Shown: positions 48,690 through 58,045, numbered from the stretch's first letter. The stretch: DNA of 64,000 nt from Candidatus Uhrbacteria bacterium (GCA_016929435.1 JAFGIV010000005.1:23596-87595), one strand, 5' to 3'. Numbers and translations are program-made. The notes: generated from the sequence alone by a model not told the origin.

Positions 48690-49307
48690 ATGGGAAACAG
48701 GTTTTTGGCCATTGGCGTCTCCGTGCTCGTTTTTGCCTTTGCGACCGGGGCACATGCCGTTGCCCCGAACGGGGAAAGCGGAACGGGAAACCGCGTTCAG
48801 CAACAGGCCCAAACCGCCAACCGGGGCGAAACAACCCAGCTCCAGAACGGCGAGCGGCAGCAGGCACGGGCACCGGGGAATTCGGACCTGGCCGAACGGA
48901 GAAGGAGTCGGGTGGCTGATGCCGTGCGGGAGATGCTGCAGGTCGCAGACAGGAGCGGCGGAATCGGCCAGCAGGTGCGGGATATTGCCCGGGCCCAAAT
49001 CCAGGGCCATGAGGGACTGGAGGCAAACCTGGAAAGGATCCGGGGCCGAAGCGGTCTTGCCAGGTTTTTTTTCGGTCCGAACTACGGTGAGATAAACAGC
49101 GCCCAAAGGGCACTGGAAACGAACAGGGAACAGGTCAGGGAGCTGAACCGGGCCCAAGGGCAGGTCGTCGATCAGGGTGAAGCGCAGGAATTGGCCCAAC
49201 AGATCCGGGTTTTGGAGGAGGTTAACCTGGAGATCGAAGGTTCCCTGGAGGGGGAACGGAAGGGGTTCAGCCTGTTTGGCTGGATATTCAGGGCCTTTTC
49301 CGACTGA
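48690..49307 (+). CDS. Secreted Gln/Arg/Glu-rich coiled-coil protein
   Basis: Signal peptide MGNRFLAIGVSVLVFAFATGAHA; heptad-like Q/E/R repeats. Confidence 0.55.
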   Translation: MGNRFLAIGVSVLVFAFATGAHAVAPNGESGTGNRVQQQAQTANRGETTQLQNGERQQARAPGNSDLAERRRSRVADAVREMLQVADRSGGIGQQVRDIARAQIQGHEGLEANLERIRGRSGLARFFFGPNYGEINSAQRALETNREQVRELNRAQGQVVDQGEAQELAQQIRVLEEVNLEIEGSLEGERKGFSLFGWIFRAFSD

Positions 49308-49379
49308 CCTGCCTTTTTGGGGCGGGTTTCGGTACGGTTTTGTCGTTATCCCCCCGTTTCCGTGACAAAACGCACGCCT

Positions 49380-50396
49380 ATGAATACCCTAAGGGTCGGC
49401 TTGGCGGAATTTCCCCCGCTGGTATCCGGCGATTACGGCCATTTCCGCGGTTTTGAGGTTGACCTGTGGGAAACGGTCGCCGGAGAGCTTGGTTTTCAGT
49501 TCGAATACCGGAAATACCCGTTCCAGAAACTGATTCCGATGCTGGCCGAGGGGAAGCTGGATGTTGCCATGGCGGGGATCACCATCAACGAGGATAGGGA
49601 AAGGATCATCGATTTCTCCCACCCGACCATGGATTCCGGACTGGTGATTGCGGTGGATCGGGACCGTAACCGGTTGAGGCTGTCCGAAACGGTCAGGGCG
49701 GTCGTTGGTTCGGGGTACCGGACCGTAAGCCTGACCCTGCTTGCCGTCCTTTCCTTCATCTTCGCCCTGGGGAACCTCCTGTGGCTGGCGGAAAGGGGGG
49801 TCGGGACGTTCAGTGAAGGTTATTTTCCCGGCGTTTTCGAGGCCTCCTGGCTGGTGTTCTCTTCCGTTACGACCGTCACGTTCGGGGATTTTTATCCGAA
49901 TACCTGGCTCGGCCGGGCAGTCGTTTTCGTTTCCGTAGTGGGGGGTGTCGGCATCCTGGCGACTTTGGTGGCGCGGTTCACCGCCTTTTTGGCGACCAGG
50001 AAGGTCTGGCGGGAAATCGCCGGGATTTCGGACCTGTCCGGCAGGAAGGTGGCGGCCGTCAGCGGATCCACCAGCGAGCAGGCCCTGACGAGACTGGGCA
50101 CGGATGTCACCGGCACGGAAACGGTCGGTGAGGCCCTCATGCTCCTGGAACGGCGGGAGGTGGAGGCGGTCGTTGCCGATGCCCCTGTCTTGGCGCATCA
50201 CCTCAAGGACAGCAGGGGAGGTCGAGTGGAGACCGTTGGGGATGTTTTTGACGGGCAGAAATACGGCATTGCCCTTCAACAGGGGAGTCCCCTGCGGGAA
50301 AACGTCAACCGGACCCTGCTCCGCCTGATCGAGTCGGGCCGGTACGGCGCGCTTTACCGCCAGTGGTTCGGCCAGGATCCGTCGATGGAGATATAG
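49380..50396 (+). CDS. Ionotropic-glutamate-receptor-like ligand-gated channel (SBP_bac_3 domain interrupted by a K+-channel pore module)
   Basis: N-terminal SBP lobe (RVGLAEFPPL..GFEVDL...KLDVAMAGITINEDR). M1 helix, then a pore helix + TVTFGDFYP filter-like sequence and an M2 helix. Second SBP lobe (KVAAVSGSTSE...VEAVVADAPVL). No obvious signal peptide; a TTG at 49317 is an alternative start. Confidence 0.65.
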   Translation: MNTLRVGLAEFPPLVSGDYGHFRGFEVDLWETVAGELGFQFEYRKYPFQKLIPMLAEGKLDVAMAGITINEDRERIIDFSHPTMDSGLVIAVDRDRNRLRLSETVRAVVGSGYRTVSLTLLAVLSFIFALGNLLWLAERGVGTFSEGYFPGVFEASWLVFSSVTTVTFGDFYPNTWLGRAVVFVSVVGGVGILATLVARFTAFLATRKVWREIAGISDLSGRKVAAVSGSTSEQALTRLGTDVTGTETVGEALMLLERREVEAVVADAPVLAHHLKDSRGGRVETVGDVFDGQKYGIALQQGSPLRENVNRTLLRLIESGRYGALYRQWFGQDPSMEI

Positions 50397-50592
50397 GAGA
50401 GGCTGTTTTGCGTTGCGTTTTGTCCGGTGCCGAAACCATGACGATCCGAAGGCTTCCAAACGCGAAAAGGAAAGGTCCGTTTTTGACGCAGGCGTCTTGG
50501 CGGACGGGATCGCCCGAATCGTCAGGATCGAATCCGATACGGTTTAGGGTGTCTTCCCGGCAGATTGAAAGACCTCGCTTGAGGGGGTATGG

Positions 50593-51186
50593 TTGGCCTG
50601 TATGAGGGAACCCTATTCGGAAAAAATCGGCCAAGGAAACCACGGGGAGGTTTTCGGTGGGGAAAGAACGGTCGTAAAAAGGACCTTTGTCAGCCATTTG
50701 AGTGCCGGTAAGGAAGCGTTGGTAGGCAAGGAAATGCCTAACATAGTCAGGTATTTCAACCTTAAGAAGGGGGACGGCGGGGACATTGAACTGGAGATGG
50801 AAAAGCTGGAGGATCCAGTTTTTTCAGCGGCAGAAAAGGAGGTTATCGGTAGGTTTTTCGGGTTTGTGGAACGCAGAATAGTCGAAATACGGAAAGAACA
50901 CCCGGAGTATCTGGAATTTCTCGATTTTGAGGAGATTTTCGGAAAGCTCAAGGAGCATTATTCCGAAAAAATAAGGGAATTCACAGGTTGTCCAGAGGCA
51001 AAAAATTATTTTCAGGATGCGCTTTCTTGTTTTGGGGCGGACGGGCGCATCCATAAAGTCCTCGGGGACGCATTTATTGGCATCAGATCGCTGTTGACTA
51101 ACGGTGTGGCTCCCGACGATCTTAAGGCTGAACACGTCATGTATTCGGAAAATGAAGATGCCTATAAGCTGATTGACATCATTTAG
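50593..51186 (+). CDS. Small protein-kinase-like fold protein (197 aa), atypical
   Basis: Gly-rich loop-like EKIGQGNHGEVF, VVKRTF (beta3 Lys?), catalytic-loop-like APDDLKAEHVMY (cf. HRDLKPEN) and YKLIDI (DFG-like). Weak; the similarity is Bud32/Rio/KdkA-like in size only. Confidence 0.4.
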   Translation: MACMREPYSEKIGQGNHGEVFGGERTVVKRTFVSHLSAGKEALVGKEMPNIVRYFNLKKGDGGDIELEMEKLEDPVFSAAEKEVIGRFFGFVERRIVEIRKEHPEYLEFLDFEEIFGKLKEHYSEKIREFTGCPEAKNYFQDALSCFGADGRIHKVLGDAFIGIRSLLTNGVAPDDLKAEHVMYSENEDAYKLIDII

Positions 51187-51313
51187 TACGGAATGTTGAA
51201 GGCTTATGGATCGGCTTGCGATAAGCGTCGGTATTTTCCGAAAATTGCCATTTGATGGCCTTTCGTTTTTATGGATACGGCGAATATGTCTCAACCTTTA
51301 AAACCCCGCAAAC

Positions 51314-51571
51314 ATGTCAATTAAGACCCGAATCGCGATCTATTTGGCCGTCCTGCTGCTCGGTCTGGCGGCCTTTGCCTATGTCTCCAAACCGACCTGG
51401 TCGCCTTGGTATTGCGGCCAGTTTTCCGGGTTCCATTCACATGCCTGGAACAACTCCTTCAGCCAATCCAGCCTTTGCGTGAAGAACGGGTGTCGGGTGA
51501 TCAAGCTGCAGGAGATGGACGACCCTGACCTGTTTGATGACGACGGCTACCTTTTCCGCTGCGTGCGGTAA
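51314..51571 (+). CDS. Small secreted Cys-containing protein (85 aa)
   Basis: Signal peptide; four Cys residues; D-rich C-terminus. Confidence 0.45.
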   Translation: MSIKTRIAIYLAVLLLGLAAFAYVSKPTWSPWYCGQFSGFHSHAWNNSFSQSSLCVKNGCRVIKLQEMDDPDLFDDDGYLFRCVR

Positions 51572-51724
51572 CCCGTTCGGCGGCCGAATGTCCCCAACCC
51601 CTAGTTATCGGCCCTTGTTCTCGGTGATGGTCCGTTCGACGGACAACACCGTTTGTTGACGGTATCTGTTTGCTGTGTTAGGTTACGGTTGGTTCGTTAT
51701 TGGTTTCAAGAGCAAGGAGGAAGA

Positions 51725-52228
51725 ATGTCAGTAGAAAAAGTGGAAAAAATCGAGTATCCGTTCCTTCCGGAAGGCCGGGAAATAAGGTATGTCGGCCCGG
51801 ACGACCGGTTCATGGCGATGGCCAAGGATTTCGCCAGGAGCAATTCCCTGGACAGGGTCATGCCTGGGGCGGCGGTGGTGGTGAGGGACGATGTCGTGTT
51901 GGGAATCGGCGCCAACGGCAGCGATTACCACCGGACACACGGATGTAAGAGGGTGGCCTTAGGCTGCCGGACCGGTGAGGGGTATGATCTGTGCGAAGGG
52001 TGTCACCCGAAGAACCACAGTGAAGCAAGCGCCATCCGCGAAGCCCAAAAAAACGGCCACGACACGGCCGGTGCTGACCTTTATCTTTGGGGCCACTGGT
52101 GGTGCTGCCAACCGTGTTGGGAGGCGATGGTAAGGGCGGGGATCAGTCGCGTCTTCCTCTTGGAGGGAAGCGAAATCCTGTTCAACAAGGACCATCCCGG
52201 CAACATCGTCGGGCGGCAATTCGAGTGA
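51725..52228 (+). CDS. CMP/dCMP deaminase zinc-binding family (dCMP deaminase-like)
   Basis: Perfect SD AAGGAGG 5 nt upstream. Zinc motifs HSEASAI (H[AC]E) and WWCCQPCWEA (PCxxC). Confidence 0.8.
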   Translation: MSVEKVEKIEYPFLPEGREIRYVGPDDRFMAMAKDFARSNSLDRVMPGAAVVVRDDVVLGIGANGSDYHRTHGCKRVALGCRTGEGYDLCEGCHPKNHSEASAIREAQKNGHDTAGADLYLWGHWWCCQPCWEAMVRAGISRVFLLEGSEILFNKDHPGNIVGRQFE

Positions 52229-52331
52229 GGGTTTTTCCGTAAGATTTTGATATTTGATTCGTGCCGGGCAAGTGCCCGGCATTTTTTTTCCGTATGGCCA
52301 CCGGTTCCCCGGTCTGGTATCATTGTCTGGT

Positions 52332-53708
52332 ATGAAGAGAGCCCTGTTTCCCCTGGTTATTGTTGCCCTGACCCTGGTCGGGGCCGGTTGCCTGAACGGC
52401 CAGCCCAAGATGACCCCCGTCACCCTGGAATATTGGCGCATGGAGGACGACCCGTCCGACCTGGATCCGGTCATTGCGGCCTACCGGGAGACTCACCCCC
52501 AAGTGACCGTCAATGTCACCCGCTTTCCCAGGGAGGATTACCGGAAAACCCTGCTGACGGCCCTGGCCGAGGGCCGCGGACCGGACATGTTCAACGTTCC
52601 GCACGCCTGGCTGCGGGGTTGGATGAAAAAAATATCCCCAATGCCGGCCGAACGGTCAGTGGTCGAGCGGACGGCGGACGAATCCGGGCAGCCGGTAAAT
52701 GTCGTCCGGAAGAAGCCGGCCATGAGCCTGCTGCAGCTGGACCGGGATTTTGCGGAAGTGGCGGCCAAGGCCGTGGTTTTCGAGGTCATAACGGACGAGA
52801 AGGCCAACACCAGGGAAAGGCAGGTTTTCGCCCTGCCGTTCTCGGCCGATACCCTGGCCATGTACTACAACCGGGACCTCCTCCGCAACGCCAACATCGG
52901 CGAGCCCCCCAAGACCTGGGCCCAGCTCCAGGAACAGGCAGCCATCCTTAGCCGGAAGGGGGAGGACGGGAAACTGGAGCAGTCCGGGGCGGCCTTGGGG
53001 TGGTCGAACGTCGGGCGGAACACCGAACTCCTGGCGGCCTTGATGGCCCAGAACGGCGCGCCCATGAACAACGCCGGACGGCCGTATTTCTGGTCCGCTC
53101 CGGCCAAGTGGGACAGGGGAACCCTTCCCGGGGTGGAGGCCCTGGGCTTTTACCGCAGTTTTTCGGACCCCAATTCCTCCAACCGGTCCTGGGACCGTGA
53201 TTTCAGCAATGACCTGGATACCTTCATCGCCGGGCGGACGGCCTATTATTTCGGGTTGCCGGAAGACGCCAAAAGGATTCGGGCCATGGCCCCGCGGCTC
53301 GATCTCGGCGTTGCCCCGTTGCCCCAGATCAAGGCGGACAGGAGAATAAACATCCCGCTGTTTCCCGTGGAGACCGTCTCGAAGGACTCCAGATACCCGG
53401 GTTATGCCTGGGATTTCCTGGAGTTCGCCGCTTCGGCGGACCAGGTCAGGGGTTTCCTCTCGTCTTCCGGCAGGCCGGCGGCCCTGCGTGACCTGATTGA
53501 GGAACAGAGGGGCGACGCTGCCGTAGGCCCGTTTGTCGGCCAGGTCCTGACCGCCGAGAGCTGGTATTTGGGGTACGACTACGCGAAGACCGAAAGCCTG
53601 TTCCGTGATATGGTGGAAACCGAGCCCAGCCGGGAAAACACCTACGTGAAGATCCTTACCGAATACGGCAGCCAGGTTTCCCGGACCTACGTCGCCCCTA
53701 ACTACTGA
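52332..53708 (+). CDS. Extracellular solute-binding lipoprotein (SBP family 1, sugar-ABC-like), orphan
   Basis: Lipobox LVGAGC; SBP_bac_1-like length and motifs. No adjacent permease or ATPase genes. Confidence 0.7.
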   Translation: MKRALFPLVIVALTLVGAGCLNGQPKMTPVTLEYWRMEDDPSDLDPVIAAYRETHPQVTVNVTRFPREDYRKTLLTALAEGRGPDMFNVPHAWLRGWMKKISPMPAERSVVERTADESGQPVNVVRKKPAMSLLQLDRDFAEVAAKAVVFEVITDEKANTRERQVFALPFSADTLAMYYNRDLLRNANIGEPPKTWAQLQEQAAILSRKGEDGKLEQSGAALGWSNVGRNTELLAALMAQNGAPMNNAGRPYFWSAPAKWDRGTLPGVEALGFYRSFSDPNSSNRSWDRDFSNDLDTFIAGRTAYYFGLPEDAKRIRAMAPRLDLGVAPLPQIKADRRINIPLFPVETVSKDSRYPGYAWDFLEFAASADQVRGFLSSSGRPAALRDLIEEQRGDAAVGPFVGQVLTAESWYLGYDYAKTESLFRDMVETEPSRENTYVKILTEYGSQVSRTYVAPNY

Positions 53709-53714
53709 TACGCT

Positions 53715-54599
53715 ATGAGAAAGATCAGGAAAGCCATCATCCCGGTCGCCGGCTTGGCCACCCGTTTCCTTCCGGCCACCAAGGCCCAACCCAAGACCAT
53801 GATGACCCTGGTGGACAAGCCCATCATCCAGTACATCGTGGAGGAGGCCGTGGCCGCCGGAATTGAGCAGGTGATTTTCGTCACCGGTTCCAACCAGAAC
53901 TCCATCCAGGACCACTTTGACAGCAATTTCGAGCTGGAACACGTCCTTCAGCAGAGGGGAAAGCTCAAGGAACTGGAGGAGGTCGTCCGGACCACCAACA
54001 TGGCCAAGTTCGTCTATACCCGCCAGCATTCCCCGCGCGGCGACGGGCACGCCATCCTGATGGCCAAGGACCTTGTCGAGAACGAGCCGGTGGTCGTCAT
54101 GTACGGGGACGACATCTTCGACGCCCGGGTTCCGGTGACCGCCCAACTGATCGAGACCTACGAGAAATACGGCGAACCGGTGATTGCCCTATACGACGTC
54201 GGGCGGGAGAACGTCTCCAAGTACGGAATTGCCGGGGGGCGGATGCGGGACGATCGGGTCATGGAGGTGGAGGGTTACGTGGAGAAGCCCAATATCGGGG
54301 AGGCGCCGTCGAGCTATGCCGGCGTGGCCCGGTATGTCGTCACCCCGGAGTTGATGGCCGTCCTGGCCAGGCAAAAGGGCGGTTTTGACGGGGAGATCCG
54401 TCTGGCCGATGCCTTTACCGAATACCTGTCCGAAGGCCTGGGGAAGGTCGCCGGAAGGATAGTCGATGCCCGCCGTTACGACTGCGGCGACAAGACCGAG
54501 TTCGTCAAGGCAACCCTGGATTTCGCACTGAAGAACGGGGAGGTAAACCGGGACGGGGTCCTGACCGAATACGTCAGGCACCGGGCGTCCGAACTTTAG
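53715..54599 (+). CDS. galU: UTP-glucose-1-phosphate uridylyltransferase
   Basis: KAIIPVAGLATRFLPATKAQPKTMMTLVDKPIIQYIVEE is the canonical GalU N-terminus. Confidence 0.93.
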   Translation: MRKIRKAIIPVAGLATRFLPATKAQPKTMMTLVDKPIIQYIVEEAVAAGIEQVIFVTGSNQNSIQDHFDSNFELEHVLQQRGKLKELEEVVRTTNMAKFVYTRQHSPRGDGHAILMAKDLVENEPVVVMYGDDIFDARVPVTAQLIETYEKYGEPVIALYDVGRENVSKYGIAGGRMRDDRVMEVEGYVEKPNIGEAPSSYAGVARYVVTPELMAVLARQKGGFDGEIRLADAFTEYLSEGLGKVAGRIVDARRYDCGDKTEFVKATLDFALKNGEVNRDGVLTEYVRHRASEL

Positions 54600-54608
54600 C
54601 CGGAACCT

Positions 54609-56036
54609 ATGGAAGGACCGATTCGTTTGGGAAGGAGGGGAACGGCAACCAGGCTGTTGCCTGCGCTGCTGGCCGCGGCGATCCTGGCCTTCGGCGGTTT
54701 CGGCTGCAAGGTCGAAAGCCGGGAGATAAGGGAGAAGACCCAGCCGGTAACGCTCAGGTGGTGGAGCGTTTTCAGCGACTACAGCGCCCTGGCCCCCGTC
54801 ATCAGGGATTTCAGGGTACGGCACCCGAACGTCAAGGTGGAATACCGCAAGTTCGGGTTCGACGAGTACGAGCAGGCCGTCCTGGACGCCATGGCCGAGG
54901 GCCGCGGACCGGATGTCCTGAGCCTTCACCACACCTGGCTTCGGGAATGGCAGGAACGGTTGGTGCCGTCTCCGGCCACCCTGGAGATGGCTTTCGTCGA
55001 GATACAGGGATCAATCAAGAAGGAACAGGTGACGGTTTTGCGCGAGGTTTCCGGGGCGACTCCCGGGCAGGTAAACAACGATTTCCTGGATGTCGTGTCC
55101 GGGGACGTGATCCTTCCGGTTCCCCAATCCGATCCGCGCCTTCCCCCCGTGTCCAGGGTTTTCGGGCTGCCGCTGTCCGTTGACACCATGGTGATGTACT
55201 ACAACCGGGGAATCCTGGATGCGGCGGAGATACCCAAGCCGGCCCAGGACTGGGGAGAGTTCCAGCAACAGGTCCGCAGCCTGACGAAACTGGACGAGTC
55301 CGGTGGGCTGGTCCAGTCGGCCGTGTCCCTCGGGACGGCCGACAACGTCGAGCGGGCCGCGGACATCCTGTCCCTGCTCATGATCCAGAACGGAACGCCC
55401 ATGTCCGACCAGACCGGCGGGGTTACCTTTGACCGGCATTCGGAGGCGACGGTCGGGCAGCCGATGACCCCCGGAGCCACGGCCCTGGTCTTCTACAACG
55501 ATTTCGCCAATCCCCTGAAGGAGGTCTATACCTGGAACGAGGAACAGCCCGATTCCCTCCAGGCCTTCATGTCCGGAAAGACCGCCTATTTCTTCGGCTA
55601 TTCCTATCACCTGCCGCAGATCCGGGCCCAGGCCCCTGACCTGAACCTGGGGATTGCCGCCATGCCGCAGATTGCCGGGAACCAGCCGGTCAACTACGCC
55701 AACTACTGGGTGGAGACGGTTTCCGGGAAGACGGCCCACCTGGATGAGGCCTGGAGCCTGGTCCGTTTCGTCACCCAGGCCGATAACGCCAAGAAATACC
55801 TCTCTTCAGCCGGGCGGCCCACGGCCCTTCGGCAGCTGGTTAACGGGCAGCTGGAGGAGAGCGACATGTCGGCGTTCGCCTCCCAGCTCCCTTCGGCTCG
55901 GAGCTGGTATCGGGGAAAGGACGGTCAGGCCACGGAGCGGGTGTTCCTGGACATGATATCGGCCATGCTCCAGCCGGAGGCCGATCCCCAAAGGATTCTG
56001 GAGGTGGGGGCGGTCAAGGTCAACCAGACCCTTTAA
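54609..56036 (+). CDS. Extracellular solute-binding lipoprotein (SBP family 1), paralog of 52332-53708
   Basis: Lipobox FGGFGC. Conserved blocks are shared with the upstream paralog (VTL.YW..., AEGRGPD, TWL..W, YYNRD/YYNRG, LD.AW, GRP.ALR). Confidence 0.7.
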   Translation: MEGPIRLGRRGTATRLLPALLAAAILAFGGFGCKVESREIREKTQPVTLRWWSVFSDYSALAPVIRDFRVRHPNVKVEYRKFGFDEYEQAVLDAMAEGRGPDVLSLHHTWLREWQERLVPSPATLEMAFVEIQGSIKKEQVTVLREVSGATPGQVNNDFLDVVSGDVILPVPQSDPRLPPVSRVFGLPLSVDTMVMYYNRGILDAAEIPKPAQDWGEFQQQVRSLTKLDESGGLVQSAVSLGTADNVERAADILSLLMIQNGTPMSDQTGGVTFDRHSEATVGQPMTPGATALVFYNDFANPLKEVYTWNEEQPDSLQAFMSGKTAYFFGYSYHLPQIRAQAPDLNLGIAAMPQIAGNQPVNYANYWVETVSGKTAHLDEAWSLVRFVTQADNAKKYLSSAGRPTALRQLVNGQLEESDMSAFASQLPSARSWYRGKDGQATERVFLDMISAMLQPEADPQRILEVGAVKVNQTL

Positions 56037-56072
56037 TTCGGGACACCGGTTCTTCCCGGAAATACGACGGTT

Positions 56073-56621
56073 ATGACAGGAAAGACAAGACGAACGGCGG
56101 CCGCCTCGGCCCTCATGGCCCTCTCCCTTCTTTTTGGGGCGGCCGTGGCCGGACCGGTCCTGGCCCAGGCGGAGATGGATTTCACGGAACAGGAGGTGGC
56201 GGACTACCAGGCCGCCACGACCCGGAGGGCGTTCGTGATCGTCCCGGAATGCGCCAGGGCCACGCCGGCCAACACCATCCCCCAACTGTCCTGCGTCATG
56301 GAGATGTTCGGCAATGTCGCCACCATGATCCTGGGGGTGACGGGCAGTTTTGCCCTGCTGATGTTCGTATACGGCGGTTTCCTGATGGTGACCTCGGCCG
56401 GAGACTCCTCAAAGGTGTCGGCCGGAAAGAAGGTCCTGACCAACGCCGTAATCGGCATATTCATCATCATGGTTTCCGGCATTGCCCTGCGCTATGCCTT
56501 GGGCATCCTGGTCCGGAACAACAACTTCCGGCTGGTCGGACAGCCCTGTGCCGGGAAGACCGGACAGGTCTACGTGCTCATGCCGGACGGATCGATCGGC
56601 TGTGCCGCCGTTTCCCAGTGA
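56073..56621 (+). CDS. VirB2/TrbC-like (T4SS-pilin family, PF18895-type) small secreted membrane protein, paralog 1
   Basis: Signal peptide, variable Cys-containing mature N-terminus, conserved C-terminal ~70-aa two-helix module (ILGVTGSFALLMFVYGGFLMVTSAGDSSKVSAGKKVLTNAVIGIFIIMVSGIA). Confidence 0.7.
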   Translation: MTGKTRRTAAASALMALSLLFGAAVAGPVLAQAEMDFTEQEVADYQAATTRRAFVIVPECARATPANTIPQLSCVMEMFGNVATMILGVTGSFALLMFVYGGFLMVTSAGDSSKVSAGKKVLTNAVIGIFIIMVSGIALRYALGILVRNNNFRLVGQPCAGKTGQVYVLMPDGSIGCAAVSQ

Positions 56622-56648
56622 CGGGGGCGGATTTTACCCAGAACACCT

Positions 56649-57164
56649 ATGCTTACCGGAAGAACACTGGCGACAGCGGCCCTTCTGGCCACGATCGGCT
56701 GTTACGTGGCCGGCCCGGCCCTGGCGGAGGAGGCCTTTATTTGCGAAGGCACCGACGACAACCCCTACCCCACGGCCGAAGCCTGTGACATGAACTGCCT
56801 GGGGGAATGCACGACCGTCAACCTGACGCCGGAAGGGTCGGTCGATACCACTGTTTCGGGGGGCGCCAAACCAACGGAGGCCACTCCGGCCTTCCAGACC
56901 AGGATCCTGGAAAACCCCCTGGGAAAGGAGGATATGGACATCCCCATGGTCATAGCCCGGGTGATTGAGGTTTTCACGGGAATCGTCGGGTCCTTGGCCC
57001 TGCTGGTTTTCATCTACGGCAGCTTCCTGCTCATGACCTCGGCCGGGGAAAGCAAGAGGGTGGAGTCCGGAAAGCAAGCCATGTTTTGGGCGGTCGGCGG
57101 CCTGGTCGTCATGTTCGCGTCCTACGCCTTCCTGAAGGTCCTGTTGAGGGGGTTGGGAACCTGA
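56649..57164 (+). CDS. T4SS-pilin-like small protein, paralog 2
   Basis: Same architecture. Cys-rich N-terminal region; FTGIVGSLALLVFIYGSFLLMTSAGESKRVESGKQAMFWAVGGLVVMFASYAF. Confidence 0.7.
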   Translation: MLTGRTLATAALLATIGCYVAGPALAEEAFICEGTDDNPYPTAEACDMNCLGECTTVNLTPEGSVDTTVSGGAKPTEATPAFQTRILENPLGKEDMDIPMVIARVIEVFTGIVGSLALLVFIYGSFLLMTSAGESKRVESGKQAMFWAVGGLVVMFASYAFLKVLLRGLGT

Positions 57165-57191
57165 CGGCCCTGAAATAACAAAGACATTGGT

Positions 57192-57572
57192 ATGGCAAAA
57201 AGGCTCAAAAGGCGGTTGGCGGGTTTGGCGGCTGCCGCGGTTGTCGCGCACCAGTCGTTCCTGTCGGCAGGATCGGCCCTGGCCCAGGGTGAGGGGCAGA
57301 GTTCCGGCAACGTCGGCGTGCCGACTCCGGTCGGCGGGGACGTGACCCTGTCCGAATACGTCGGCCGGTTCATCAACGGGGCCTTGGGCCTGACCGGCGT
57401 GGTGGCCCTGGCGGTTTTCGTTTATGCCGGTTTCCTGATGATGACCGCCCGGGGTAACGCCAAGCAGGACGAGAAAGCCAAGCAGACCATGTTTTGGGCC
57501 TCCATCGGCCTTTTGGGGGTGTTCGCCTCCTATGCGGCACTTAGGTTCGTCCTGCAGATGTTGGGGGCCTGA
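57192..57572 (+). CDS. T4SS-pilin-like small protein, paralog 3
   Basis: FINGALGLTGVVALAVFVYAGFLMMTARGNAKQDEKAKQTMFWASIGLLGVFASYAA. Confidence 0.7.
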   Translation: MAKRLKRRLAGLAAAAVVAHQSFLSAGSALAQGEGQSSGNVGVPTPVGGDVTLSEYVGRFINGALGLTGVVALAVFVYAGFLMMTARGNAKQDEKAKQTMFWASIGLLGVFASYAALRFVLQMLGA

Positions 57573-57584
57573 GTTTTGTTTGGC

Positions 57585-57613
57585 TTAACCTTGGCCCGAA
57601 AATGCGGTATAAT
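57585..57613 (+). promoter_or_regulatory. Internal promoter in the pilin array (TTAACC, 17-bp spacer, TATAAT)
   Basis: Perfect -10 TATAAT at 57608-57613; an RBS AAGGGGGTGA precedes the ATG at 57668. Confidence 0.45.
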
Positions 57614-57667
57614 GCACTTAGGCATTTTGTGGATATTTTCCACTGTCTTGAAAGGGGGTGAGCAAAT

Positions 57668-58045
57668 ATGAACAAGTTACTAACCAAGAAGATCGCCGTC
57701 GGTGCGGCCATGGCAGCCGCCATGTTGCCGATCGTGGCCATGGCCCAGGGGCCGGATCTCGGCCTGGAATACGCCACGGCCACCGGGTTGACCTCCACTG
57801 ACGTCCGTACCACGATCTCCATGCTGATCAATGCCTTCATGGGGCTTTTGGGCATCGTGGCGGTGTGTCTAATCCTTTTCGGCGGTTTCAAGTGGATGAT
57901 GGCGGCCGGCAACACGGAAAGGGTGGAAGAGGCCAAGAAACTGATGATTTCCGGCGTCATCGGCCTGATCATCATCATGACCTCCTACTCCATTGCCCAG
58001 TTCGTCATCGGTGCCATCCAGAAGGGAACCTCGGGTGAGATATAG
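57668..58045 (+). CDS. T4SS-pilin-like small protein, paralog 4
   Basis: LINAFMGLLGIVAVCLILFGGFKWMMAAGNTERVEEAKKLMISGVIGLIIIMTSYSIAQFV. Confidence 0.7.
   Translation: MNKLLTKKIAVGAAMAAAMLPIVAMAQGPDLGLEYATATGLTSTDVRTTISMLINAFMGLLGIVAVCLILFGGFKWMMAAGNTERVEEAKKLMISGVIGLIIIMTSYSIAQFVIGAIQKGTSGEI

Noticed and set aside
49389-50459. 356-aa minus-strand ORF opposite the iGluR-like gene
   Set aside because: The plus-strand product has a coherent domain architecture, whereas the minus-strand translation is low complexity.
52656-54146. 496-aa minus-strand ORF opposite the SBP and galU genes
   Set aside because: It is antisense to two well-supported genes; a high-GC artefact.
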